DNA of 39,002 bases from an uncultured Candidatus Saccharibacteria bacterium (lineage in GTDB: Bacteria; Patescibacteriota; Minisyncoccia; Phycocordibacterales; UBA1006). Shown here piece by piece: positions 16,297 to 24,282 of this stretch. The notes beneath the pieces were generated by a model. It made no database searches. It worked only from the letters and a program-made list of their open reading frames with translations, and had not been told where the DNA came from. The number at the start of each line of letters is the position of its first letter. Within the stretch, counting starts at the first letter, position 1. The stretch spans positions 1,255-40,256 of the forward strand of contig CAZAZY010000001.1 in NCBI GenBank assembly GCA_964489785.1, read 5' to 3'. The translations under genes were made by a program, and so were the position numbers.

Positions 16297-17898
16297 TTAT
16301 TGTATTACTTCAATTGGATCTACCTCTTCGGTTTCTTTATTGAGATCGGCGTAGAATTCTTCATCACTTCGAAGATCTAATAACCATAATGTTTCGTCTT
16401 CTTTGTTGATTATGGACATCCATTTTTCATCTGTACTTATTTCTGTTGACCAGATATCTATGAGCTCTCCTCTTTCTAACATTGGCTGGCTGATAAGCGA
16501 TTTTTCACCTGTGGTTGATATAAACCAAATGTCATCAAAAAATCTCGTCATTCCTTGGTACCATAAATCTGGTTGTTGTTCTGGGGTGTCTATGGTTGCT
16601 GGGATACCGCAATAAAATCCATTATCTTTATTACTCCAGACACATTTGTCAGGTAATGTTGGTGGAATAACATCGATTATTTTTTGTGTTGGAATATGAA
16701 GAATCTGGGTTTTTAATTCGTCATTTTGAATAAAGGATACTATTGCATGTTCTCCATCTCCCGCCAATAATGTTGTTAATCCGAATCGATTTCGAATAAA
16801 TCGTGAAAAATGGAAATCAAGAGTGTTTACTAAATAGCCAAATCCCTGAACTTCAAAGCTTGGTTTTGTAGTTACGGTTATAATATTTTCTTTTTGCCAT
16901 AATGCTTTCCATTCAGAAAAACTTGATTCAAAACTTTGTCTTACAGAATTTGTTGCTCGAGTTAGTACATATCCTGTAGATCCTGTCGCTGTTTCTAGAA
17001 TATAAAAGAGTTTTGTTTTATCAGGTGACGCGGCAATACTGGTAATATTATCTGGCATCAATGGGCCACGGACTTCAAACTGGTTTAATTCACCGGATTC
17101 TAATGATCGTGCAGTTTCAAAAATAGATCGGCAGGTTGTCTGTAGTTGATTAATTAATGATTCATCCCATAATGCTCCAGATTCACCCATAATCATTGTC
17201 CTAAACGATCCTAGGGCTGTTAACGTTGATGTATCTAATGATCCTGTTAATACAATTTCTGTTTCTGTTGCTATTGAAAGAAATGATTGAAGAGATTTTA
17301 TTGCCTCTTCCCCTGATTCTGTGGTTACGTTTGTTGTTGGATACGGCGCTTCACATATTTGAATGTTTTTTGGTAAATCAGGATATTGATCCTCTAATTT
17401 CCCAAGAAGAGTTTGAATTTTTTTATTTGAGCTATTCCAAAATCGTGCAATTAATGTTTCGTTTGACAGAAAAGAAACTTCTTCCATAGAGGGAAGATTA
17501 ATCCCTGTTAGTTTTTTTGATGTAGGTAGTTGTTGTACGGGTGCCTGATGGATTAACCCGGTTTCTTTTTCTAGAAAACGTACACTAAATCCCCCCATTG
17601 AATCCGTGTCTGGTGCTACCCAAGAACCTCTAGATGGAAATGATGTTATTTTAAACAGTCTTTCACGCACCCCTTCTTCCACATCGAAATATACATCTTC
17701 CGGTGTTGCTGGTATTTCTTCCGATTGAGGTTGTCCTGGCGTTGTTTGTCCACTAAAAAGACCAAAAAAAGGAGCTAAAAATCCTTCTTCCGAAGATGGA
17801 TCTTTTTTAGAGTCAGATAATAACAAGAACAAAATACCGATAACCAGTATGCTGGCGATAATAACGAGGGCTATGAATTTTTTCTTGTCTTTTTGCAT
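16297..17898 (-). CDS. Signal-anchored hypothetical protein (last gene of the T4SS-like locus)
   Basis: The 533-aa ORF has an N-terminal TM segment FIALVIIASILVIGILFLLL and a Pro/Glu-rich linker, followed by a domain of about 450 aa with no family I recognise. It starts 3 nt after the upstream gene's stop, consistent with translational coupling. Confidence 0.7.
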   Translation of the reverse strand: MQKDKKKFIALVIIASILVIGILFLLLSDSKKDPSSEEGFLAPFFGLFSGQTTPGQPQSEEIPATPEDVYFDVEEGVRERLFKITSFPSRGSWVAPDTDSMGGFSVRFLEKETGLIHQAPVQQLPTSKKLTGINLPSMEEVSFLSNETLIARFWNSSNKKIQTLLGKLEDQYPDLPKNIQICEAPYPTTNVTTESGEEAIKSLQSFLSIATETEIVLTGSLDTSTLTALGSFRTMIMGESGALWDESLINQLQTTCRSIFETARSLESGELNQFEVRGPLMPDNITSIAASPDKTKLFYILETATGSTGYVLTRATNSVRQSFESSFSEWKALWQKENIITVTTKPSFEVQGFGYLVNTLDFHFSRFIRNRFGLTTLLAGDGEHAIVSFIQNDELKTQILHIPTQKIIDVIPPTLPDKCVWSNKDNGFYCGIPATIDTPEQQPDLWYQGMTRFFDDIWFISTTGEKSLISQPMLERGELIDIWSTEISTDEKWMSIINKEDETLWLLDLRSDEEFYADLNKETEEVDPIEVIQ

Positions 17899-17901
17899 AT
17901 A

Positions 17902-19458
17902 TTAAGGTGTTCTTTTTACGTATTTTAGACTGTCTTTTTTAGAATGGTCTTTCAGCGGTGTCGTTAAGAGTGCATTTCCTGGTTGTCTCCCTTCTCCTCC
18001 GCGTGATTCAATAACATTTCCACTTCCAATATATAATAATACATGACCAACAGAATTTCCGCCCTCCCCTGCCTTCCATCCAAGAATATCACCAGGTTTA
18101 AGAAGAATATTATTTACTGATAAACCATTTGCCGATATTGTCGAGATGGATTCTGCATTTGCGAACATTCCACTGGTTCCGGTATTGTGTGTTGGCATAC
18201 CTGCACAACGAAGAGCATAATCAACAAAACCAGAACAATCTAAACATACGGTATTATTAGGACACGTTAGTTTACAAAGACCCGCTGGGTCAGTACACAT
18301 TTTTGTGTCTGCGGGGTATGGTGGTGGCCCACCCTTACCTCCAAAACGATACGTCACCTTTCCTTCAAGGCTGGCAATAACCTGGGGTAATACATTTGAT
18401 CCTCCTGCTTTTGGACAAAATACTTGTGGTGGTACGTAGGGACTACTTGCCAACGGTGCGCTCACGTCCCCTTCTAATTCTAGGGTGAGTGTTTTGATTC
18501 CTGGGTCTAGATTAAGTATGTTTGGGTTGATGGTGTTTAATATTACATACGTTGCAAAAGCAAGAATAAGACCCAATACTGCATTAGTCATTTTTGAAAT
18601 ACCTTCTGATTTTTGGGTAAAAGCATCGGTTGTCATATACTGTACACCCCCAACAACAATCATTAACACCGCCAGCAATGTCGCCACGGCAAGTAATAAT
18701 CGTATAATCGTATTTACATAACCCCCAATTCCCTGTGTCTCTGCATCAAAAACTGGGTCCAAAAATGGTTGGATGGGTTCCAATAATTTATAACATCCTG
18801 GGCGTAAATTCCCTTGGGCATCCTGACATTCTGGTGGGATTTCATTTAGGTCACTTAATCCTGCTCCGGCTAGATCCTCTTCAGTTGTTGAAAGGACAGA
18901 AAATAATATATTTTGGTCGCAATTTGTAGTTGTACTTACTGGTGGATAACAATTATAATCAACGTTGTTTGAAATTGTTGATGTTTCAACAATTTCATCA
19001 TTTCCATCCATGACACGAAGATATAATTCACAGTTTTCTATCCCAAATGCCATGTCGCATTCTTTTTCTCCAAGTTTATAGTCTACGATAATGCGGCTAA
19101 TTTGGTTTTGTATTGCATGTGTACTTGATGCAACCATTTCGTCCTCTTCAATAACTCCAGTTAGTTGTGATACCCCTATAGGTACATCATTTTCCCATAA
19201 TTGAAAAGATAATGTTTTTCCTATACAATCTTTCACTCTGAATGTTGCCCTAAGAACAACATTATTACCACGTATATAAGTTGCTCCTGTGGGCAATATT
19301 TCTTGCTTGATTCCGTAATCCTCAATGGTACACTCTTCAGCGGCATCAGCCTTTTGCGGTGCAGAAACCAAAGAAACAATTGATCCACCTAATACTATTT
19401 GAAATACAAAAAGACCAAGGGATATTTTTTTAATAAAATTGTGCAAGGTTTTCTTCAT
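17902..19458 (-). CDS. Tri-modular T4SS-associated protein: signal peptide + Cys-containing N-domain, VirB2/TrbC-like pilin hairpin, C-terminal NlpC/P60 peptidoglycan hydrolase
   Basis: The signal peptide ends ...APQKADA/AEE. Residues about 211-318 read CQDAQGNLRPGCYKLLEPI..., followed by two hydrophobic helices (LLLAVATLLAVLMIVVGGVQYM and AVLGLILAFATYVILNTINPNIL). Residues about 345-505 carry the NlpC/P60 signature DCSGF (Cys408, nt 18235-18237) and GHVLLYIG (His471). Confidence 0.75.
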   Translation of the reverse strand: MKKTLHNFIKKISLGLFVFQIVLGGSIVSLVSAPQKADAAEECTIEDYGIKQEILPTGATYIRGNNVVLRATFRVKDCIGKTLSFQLWENDVPIGVSQLTGVIEEDEMVASSTHAIQNQISRIIVDYKLGEKECDMAFGIENCELYLRVMDGNDEIVETSTISNNVDYNCYPPVSTTTNCDQNILFSVLSTTEEDLAGAGLSDLNEIPPECQDAQGNLRPGCYKLLEPIQPFLDPVFDAETQGIGGYVNTIIRLLLAVATLLAVLMIVVGGVQYMTTDAFTQKSEGISKMTNAVLGLILAFATYVILNTINPNILNLDPGIKTLTLELEGDVSAPLASSPYVPPQVFCPKAGGSNVLPQVIASLEGKVTYRFGGKGGPPPYPADTKMCTDPAGLCKLTCPNNTVCLDCSGFVDYALRCAGMPTHNTGTSGMFANAESISTISANGLSVNNILLKPGDILGWKAGEGGNSVGHVLLYIGSGNVIESRGGEGRQPGNALLTTPLKDHSKKDSLKYVKRTP

Positions 19459-19461
19459 ATA

Positions 19462-20487
19462 TTATTGAATAAATCGTATTTGAGTATTTGTGGTTGCTTC
19501 TTGAAATAACCATTTGTCGTTTTGTGCAGATACTGAAATGGGCGTGTTTCCTGATTTGTATGCAGTTAATAACATAGTGTCAGCGGTTTCCTTGTTTAAT
19601 GCTGGTATAATTTCTTTGCCTACCTTCCATTCATAGCTCATTGAACCTAATTTTCCAGCTGGATCAATTGCAAAAAAATAAGGGACAGCCTTGATACCAA
19701 GGTTTAATTTTTGTGTTTGATGTCCAGTATTTAAAGATTGTAGATAATTCGTGACACCCTCGTTTTCTGGATAGAGGAGAATTTTGGGTTCAAAAATAGG
19801 AATTGTTATTGCCCCTGATCCTGTATACCCATCCTGAGATGTAATATCTACAATAATCTCCTCGTCCCGATTTAGCATAAGATTGCGAAATAGATAACCT
19901 GTTTTTCCAAATCCAGAATCATTTTGGGCAACCTTGCGGTCACGTTTCCATGTATAAGAAAGATTATTATGTCGCAATGTTTCTCCTGCACGGTTTTTAA
20001 TCACGGGAATTGCTGTGGCTCGGATCTGGCTTTCTCTTGTTGGTAGTGCTTTTCCTCGATAAAATGGTGGAACATATGCGTCAGGTGATTCCCAGAGAAT
20101 ATCTATGTCAGAGGGTGAAATTGAGATGCTTTTTCGCATAATGTCATATCCTGCAATAGTAATAATTGCTTCGATTTCGGTTCTCTCGCCTACCCCACCA
20201 GTTCTTGTTTTATATGTAGTAACACCAGGACCTCCTGATTTTCGTGATCCGTTTTCCATCCAAATAATATTTGCCAAATCCATACGAAAGAAAAAAGATT
20301 CTAATTTTACCGTAATATCGGTATATGGGCTGGGATGTTCGGGGGTTAATGCAATATTAATATTATTAGGGCCGGCTGTAGGTATTACCTGGGCGTTCGC
20401 CTTCCCTGCACCAAAAATATATCCTACACAGAGTAATGTAATGATAAACAAAGCTATTGGTATCGATCGAATCTGCGATACTGTCAT
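19462..20487 (-). CDS. Signal-anchored hypothetical protein, probably beta-rich and extracytoplasmic
   Basis: The 341-aa ORF has an N-terminal TM/signal segment IPIALFIITLLCVGYIFGAGKANAQ. I recognise no family. It lies between virB4 and the pilin-hydrolase gene. Confidence 0.7.
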   Translation of the reverse strand: MTVSQIRSIPIALFIITLLCVGYIFGAGKANAQVIPTAGPNNINIALTPEHPSPYTDITVKLESFFFRMDLANIIWMENGSRKSGGPGVTTYKTRTGGVGERTEIEAIITIAGYDIMRKSISISPSDIDILWESPDAYVPPFYRGKALPTRESQIRATAIPVIKNRAGETLRHNNLSYTWKRDRKVAQNDSGFGKTGYLFRNLMLNRDEEIIVDITSQDGYTGSGAITIPIFEPKILLYPENEGVTNYLQSLNTGHQTQKLNLGIKAVPYFFAIDPAGKLGSMSYEWKVGKEIIPALNKETADTMLLTAYKSGNTPISVSAQNDKWLFQEATTNTQIRFIQ

Positions 20488-20494
20488 GTTATAT

Positions 20495-20503
20495 AGTATA
20501 CCA
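20495..20503 (-). promoter_or_regulatory. Extended -10 element TGGTATACT 7 nt upstream of the 341-aa gene ATG (leaderless-type)
   Basis: Plus-strand AGTATACCA at 20495-20503 is the reverse complement of TGGTATACT. The ATG is at 20487. A possible -35 TTGTAA lies at 20524-20519. Confidence 0.5.
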
Positions 20504-20513
20504 GAAAAACAAA

Positions 20514-22352
20514 TTAATTTACAAACCCTGCATTGGATGCAGATGCTAATTCATCTTTTGCTTTCTTGATAGACAATATTTGAGATGGGTCCGATGTAAC
20601 TATCTGGTCTTCTGTATAGGATGCAACTATTTTAATAGCAACGTGTTTCATTCCAGCAAAGAAAATACCTTCTCCTACCCCAGATTCCAATAGAGTGTAT
20701 TTTTCCTCATCAGTAAGGTTAAAGGTTTTTTGTACTACATCAATAGATGATGCGGATTGTTTTAATAGCATCTGTAGAGATGAGTTGGTTACAATAGCAA
20801 TTCCATATTTAGAGCTCATGAAATCGTCCACGTTCTGGCTAATCGTTGCCAGACCAAGATAGTATTTACGACATCGTTTTGCGATACCAAACAAGAATGA
20901 CGCAGTATCTTCGGATTGCATCATCACCCAAGCTTCATCCACCAACAATAGTCGTTTCTTTTTCTCTCGACGGATTGCACCCCAGATAAAGTGCGTTACG
21001 ATATACATCGCTGCGGCTTTTAGTTCGTCTTCCATGTCTCGAATAGAAAAAACCACTAATTTTTTATTGATATCAACATTGGTTGGTTTATTCAAAAATC
21101 CTGCCCATGTTCCTCGTGTGAATTTTGCAAGACGTTGTAATAATGATTCGCTTCCCTCCATCGAAGCCAATACCATTTCAAAGTCAGATAATAATGGTGG
21201 TTCAATAGTAGAAAAATCAGAATCAGGGGTAATGTCTTTTAATGAATAGGTTTCTGCAATTGCGCGGTCAACAATAGAATCTTCTTCGGGACTCAGCCCC
21301 CCCAGTAAAATACGAAACAGTCCAACCAACTGAATAATGTTTGAACGTAAAATATCCCCCGGAGATTCATCTTCTTGTGGTGGTGGAAGATCAAAAGGAT
21401 TAATGTGGTGAGGTGATGACAATGAAATATTAAAATATCTTCCTCCTACTGCTTCCGCCAGGTATTCGTATTCTCGTTCTGGGTCAATAACAATAACTTC
21501 GGTTTCGAACATCATTGTCCGTAGGATTTCTAATTTTAATGCGTATGATTTCCCAGAACCAGATTTTGCGAACATAACTGAATTGTAGTTTTCCAAAGAA
21601 AATCGGTCAAAAATAATCAAACTGGAATTATGACGATTGATGCCATACAAAATCCCCTTTTCATCAGTCAGGTCAAAAGAAACAAAAGGAAAAAAAGATG
21701 ACAATGGTGCTGTGTTCATTTTGAAATCAACACCAATAAGATCTTGCCCTGTAGGCAATGTGCTTTTGAATGTATCTTCTTGTTGGAACATTGCTGGTTT
21801 CAAATAAATCATTCTTGATTCCAATAATGAACGAATTTCATTTTCCACCTTGAACAGTTCGTTCTCTGTATCTGCATACAATGTCATATATAATCCCACA
21901 TCAAACATTTTTTCTGTTGCTTGTTGCAGATTGTCGCGTAAATTTTCAAGATCTTGATATGCGGTATCCAATAATGGGTCTCGAACCATACCTTGGGATT
22001 CTCGGATATGAATCTGGCTTTGTACCTCGGCTACTTTTTTCTGGAATTTCTTTAGAATACTAGCTGTTTCAATGGGGTGTACATGGATTGCGATATCAAA
22101 AATTTTGTCCATGTTGATAATCGGAGCAAGCCAGCTGTCCGAAATAAAACGTGGATACGAGATAACATAAAAACTTCGTGACACTTTATCTCCGATTTTT
22201 ATTGATTTTGCCTGAACCTCAACAGCGGCAGGAGCGATGATGTCTTGTAATTCTAACTGACCCGCCTGATAAATATCTTCGGGTAAAATAGAAGATACAG
22301 ATGTTGCTGATGAAGTTTTTTTTGTTCCAAAGAGTGAATCAATAATTCCCAT
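20514..22352 (-). CDS. virB4: VirB4/TrsE-family type IV secretion ATPase
   Basis: The 612-aa ORF has Walker A FAKSGSGKSY and Walker B RLLLVDEAW. Its N-terminal region (IIAPAAVEVQAKSIKIGDKVSRSFYVISYPRFISDSWL) follows the Gram-positive VirB4 pattern. Confidence 0.88.
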   Translation of the reverse strand: MGIIDSLFGTKKTSSATSVSSILPEDIYQAGQLELQDIIAPAAVEVQAKSIKIGDKVSRSFYVISYPRFISDSWLAPIINMDKIFDIAIHVHPIETASILKKFQKKVAEVQSQIHIRESQGMVRDPLLDTAYQDLENLRDNLQQATEKMFDVGLYMTLYADTENELFKVENEIRSLLESRMIYLKPAMFQQEDTFKSTLPTGQDLIGVDFKMNTAPLSSFFPFVSFDLTDEKGILYGINRHNSSLIIFDRFSLENYNSVMFAKSGSGKSYALKLEILRTMMFETEVIVIDPEREYEYLAEAVGGRYFNISLSSPHHINPFDLPPPQEDESPGDILRSNIIQLVGLFRILLGGLSPEEDSIVDRAIAETYSLKDITPDSDFSTIEPPLLSDFEMVLASMEGSESLLQRLAKFTRGTWAGFLNKPTNVDINKKLVVFSIRDMEDELKAAAMYIVTHFIWGAIRREKKKRLLLVDEAWVMMQSEDTASFLFGIAKRCRKYYLGLATISQNVDDFMSSKYGIAIVTNSSLQMLLKQSASSIDVVQKTFNLTDEEKYTLLESGVGEGIFFAGMKHVAIKIVASYTEDQIVTSDPSQILSIKKAKDELASASNAGFVN

Positions 22353-22358
22353 GGTATT

Positions 22359-22387
22359 AGTATATCAAAAAAAGCACCAAGTAGTAA
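22359..22387 (-). promoter_or_regulatory. Promoter of virB4: -35 TTACTA, 17-nt spacer, extended -10 TGATATACT, 6 nt before the ATG
   Basis: On the minus strand TTACTA is at 22387-22382 and TGATATACT at 22367-22359. The ATG is at 22352. It shares the 11-mer CTTACTACTTG and the overall layout with 23040-23068. Confidence 0.55.
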
Positions 22388-22398
22388 GTATGTGTATC

Positions 22399-23031
22399 TT
22401 ATGAATGCTCGCCTTCTATTTTCATTGCCTTTTGAGCATCTCCTGGATTAAAGGTTCCATGGAAAAGTTCGATAATTTCTTGGGTCCCTAATTGTTTTGT
22501 TTTTACTCCAACTTGGTTTAATCCCGAAGCAACCAATGCAATACGTTGTTCCAACTGAGATCGAGTTTCCTCGAACCGTTCTTCGGATTTTTCCGCTGTT
22601 GTCTGTTGTCCAGATTTTTTTGTTGCAGATTGTGCCATGCTTTGCGCAAAAGGAACTACAACAAAAAAGTGTTTTTTCATAATATTTACTTTTTCTGTAA
22701 ACGTACGAATGAATTCTATGTATTCTCGGGTTTGTACGCGAAGTAGTTCTTCCTTTTGGACTTTAAGTTTTTCTTCTAAGGTCATTAAATAAGGGCGGAT
22801 ATCATGTTTTCGGGATTGCACGACTATTTGAATAGAAAAATCCAGTGAATTAAAAAACGCCTGAAATTGGGCAATGGTTGCACGCTGTTCTTCTTCGGAT
22901 TTTAACGCAAGATTAACTGATGAAGCCAACAATATAGATCGGATTCCCCCATCTTTGAGAATTAATACTCCATCACGAATTTCTTTGATGGGTACAAAAT
23001 TTTGACTAGGAGTTCCTGTGCTGTTTAACAT
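22399..23031 (-). CDS. Hypothetical protein resembling a detached VirB4 N-terminal module
   Basis: The 210-aa ORF lies directly upstream of virB4. The segment QNFVPIKEIRDGVLILKDGGIRSILLASSVNLALKSEEEQRATIAQFQAFFNSLDFSIQIVVQS matches, from memory, the N-terminal pattern of long (about 800 aa) Firmicute VirB4-like ATPases. Confidence 0.5.
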   Translation of the reverse strand: MLNSTGTPSQNFVPIKEIRDGVLILKDGGIRSILLASSVNLALKSEEEQRATIAQFQAFFNSLDFSIQIVVQSRKHDIRPYLMTLEEKLKVQKEELLRVQTREYIEFIRTFTEKVNIMKKHFFVVVPFAQSMAQSATKKSGQQTTAEKSEERFEETRSQLEQRIALVASGLNQVGVKTKQLGTQEIIELFHGTFNPGDAQKAMKIEGEHS

Positions 23032-23039
23032 ATAGAATC

Positions 23040-23068
23040 AGTATAACAAAAAAAATAACAAGTAGTAA
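23040..23068 (-). promoter_or_regulatory. Promoter of the 210-aa gene: -35 TTACTA, 17-nt spacer, extended -10 TGTTATACT, 8 nt before the ATG
   Basis: On the minus strand TTACTA is at 23068-23063 and TGTTATACT at 23048-23040. The ATG is at 23031. It is a paralogue of the virB4 promoter. Confidence 0.55.
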
Positions 23069-23094
23069 GGGTTATATTGTACCTACACAATTAT

Positions 23095-23126
23095 TATGAA
23101 TATAGTATACTGTAATTATATTCATA
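23095..23126. promoter_or_regulatory. 10-bp perfect inverted repeat over the -35 region of the PrgI-like gene (candidate operator)
   Basis: TATGAATATA (23095-23104) and TATATTCATA (23117-23126) are separated by 12 nt containing the palindrome GTATAC. TATAAT at 23133-23138 follows, 10 nt before the ATG at 23149. Confidence 0.3.
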
Positions 23127-23148
23127 TAGAAATATAATTTCATCCCCT

Positions 23149-23559
23149 ATGCAATTTCAAATGCCACAATTTATTGATGTTGAAGACAAAATTTTTGGAC
23201 CTCTTACGTTCAAACAATTCGTGTACGTAGCAGGAGGTATTGGTTTGGGATATGTGTCATATCGATTCTTGCCTATTTTCCTTGGGATTCCTATAGCTCT
23301 GGTTGTTGCTGGGTTGGGTGTATTGTTGGCATTTTATCAATACAATCAAAGACCCTTTATCGATATATTGCAGGCATGGGTTGGCTTTACCGTCAGTAAA
23401 AAATTGTATCTATGGAAAAGAGAGCCCGTTCGACAGGCAGATAAAACAAAACAACAGTCACGTCAGGGCCCTGAAACTATGGTGCAGCAAAGAATGGTTT
23501 CCAGTGAATCTATTTCTCAGATATCTCGCAATTTGGATCTTTTTGATAAGAAACAATAA
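23149..23559 (+). CDS. PrgI-family (VirB3-like) small membrane protein
   Basis: The 136-aa ORF starts MQFQMPQFIDVEDKIFGPLTFKQFVYVAGGIGLGYVSYRFL, followed by a second TM segment IPIALVVAGLGVLLAF. This is the PrgI pattern of Gram-positive T4SSs. It is divergent from the virB4 operon. Confidence 0.7.
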   Translation: MQFQMPQFIDVEDKIFGPLTFKQFVYVAGGIGLGYVSYRFLPIFLGIPIALVVAGLGVLLAFYQYNQRPFIDILQAWVGFTVSKKLYLWKREPVRQADKTKQQSRQGPETMVQQRMVSSESISQISRNLDLFDKKQ

Positions 23560-23581
23560 CCCCCTCTTATGGCGGAATCTA

Positions 23582-23612
23582 AAACACCTCAATATTTCAT
23601 ATTGAGGTGTTT
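23582..23612. terminator. Perfect 14-bp-stem hairpin between the convergent PrgI-like and 217-aa genes (bidirectional terminator)
   Basis: AAACACCTCAATAT (23582-23595) and ATATTGAGGTGTTT (23599-23612) flank a TTC loop. Confidence 0.75.
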
Positions 23613-23615
23613 GTC

Positions 23616-24269
23616 TTATATAATAGGCTCTCTGTATGGGTCGTGTGAAACGACTTCTGGTTTTTTAGGAATCATGGGTATATCAGCTGCATCACTGCTG
23701 TGATTTGATGTTACCTGTGTTGCAGTGTGTAATCCAGACATTTTTTGTTCGATGCTGTTTTTTACAGGCATAGGGGGTAGATCTGCATCTTCCCCTATTT
23801 TTATTTCAATGACAGGATCTTTTTTGGGTGTTTCTGGTTCTGTGCCTGATGTCACTTCCCCCACCTGATTATCATCTACAATAGTAGATGATTCTGTATC
23901 TTCACCAATATGAATACCGGCATCCCGTAACGTTGCATGTTGGTCACGATCTTCTTCTGCATATTGCAAAACCAAATCCCGAAGAGGCATAAAGATTTTT
24001 TGATTTGCGTCTTCAACTATTTGTGATGCTGCTGTTGTGCTAATTTCCAAACGTTTTTTTAATTCAGAAACATAACTACTGGCAGGAACTAATCCAACTA
24101 ATACTAGTGTTGTTTCTTGTTCTAATGTATCTAATTGATCCAGGTTCAAATCGTAGGTCTTTCCAATAGCCAAGATTTGTGTTTTCCAATCAAAATCATG
24201 TAATGCGCGCTGAGTTACCGACGGCAATTTTTTTATTTGTTCTTCAATTTTTTGTGTTAATGGGTCCAT
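23616..24269 (-). CDS. Hypothetical soluble protein with an acidic C-terminal half
   Basis: The 217-aa ORF has no TM segment and lies 13 nt downstream of the VirB6-like gene. I recognise no family. Confidence 0.65.
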   Translation of the reverse strand: MDPLTQKIEEQIKKLPSVTQRALHDFDWKTQILAIGKTYDLNLDQLDTLEQETTLVLVGLVPASSYVSELKKRLEISTTAASQIVEDANQKIFMPLRDLVLQYAEEDRDQHATLRDAGIHIGEDTESSTIVDDNQVGEVTSGTEPETPKKDPVIEIKIGEDADLPPMPVKNSIEQKMSGLHTATQVTSNHSSDAADIPMIPKKPEVVSHDPYREPII

Positions 24270-24282
24270 AAAAATGATGTGG

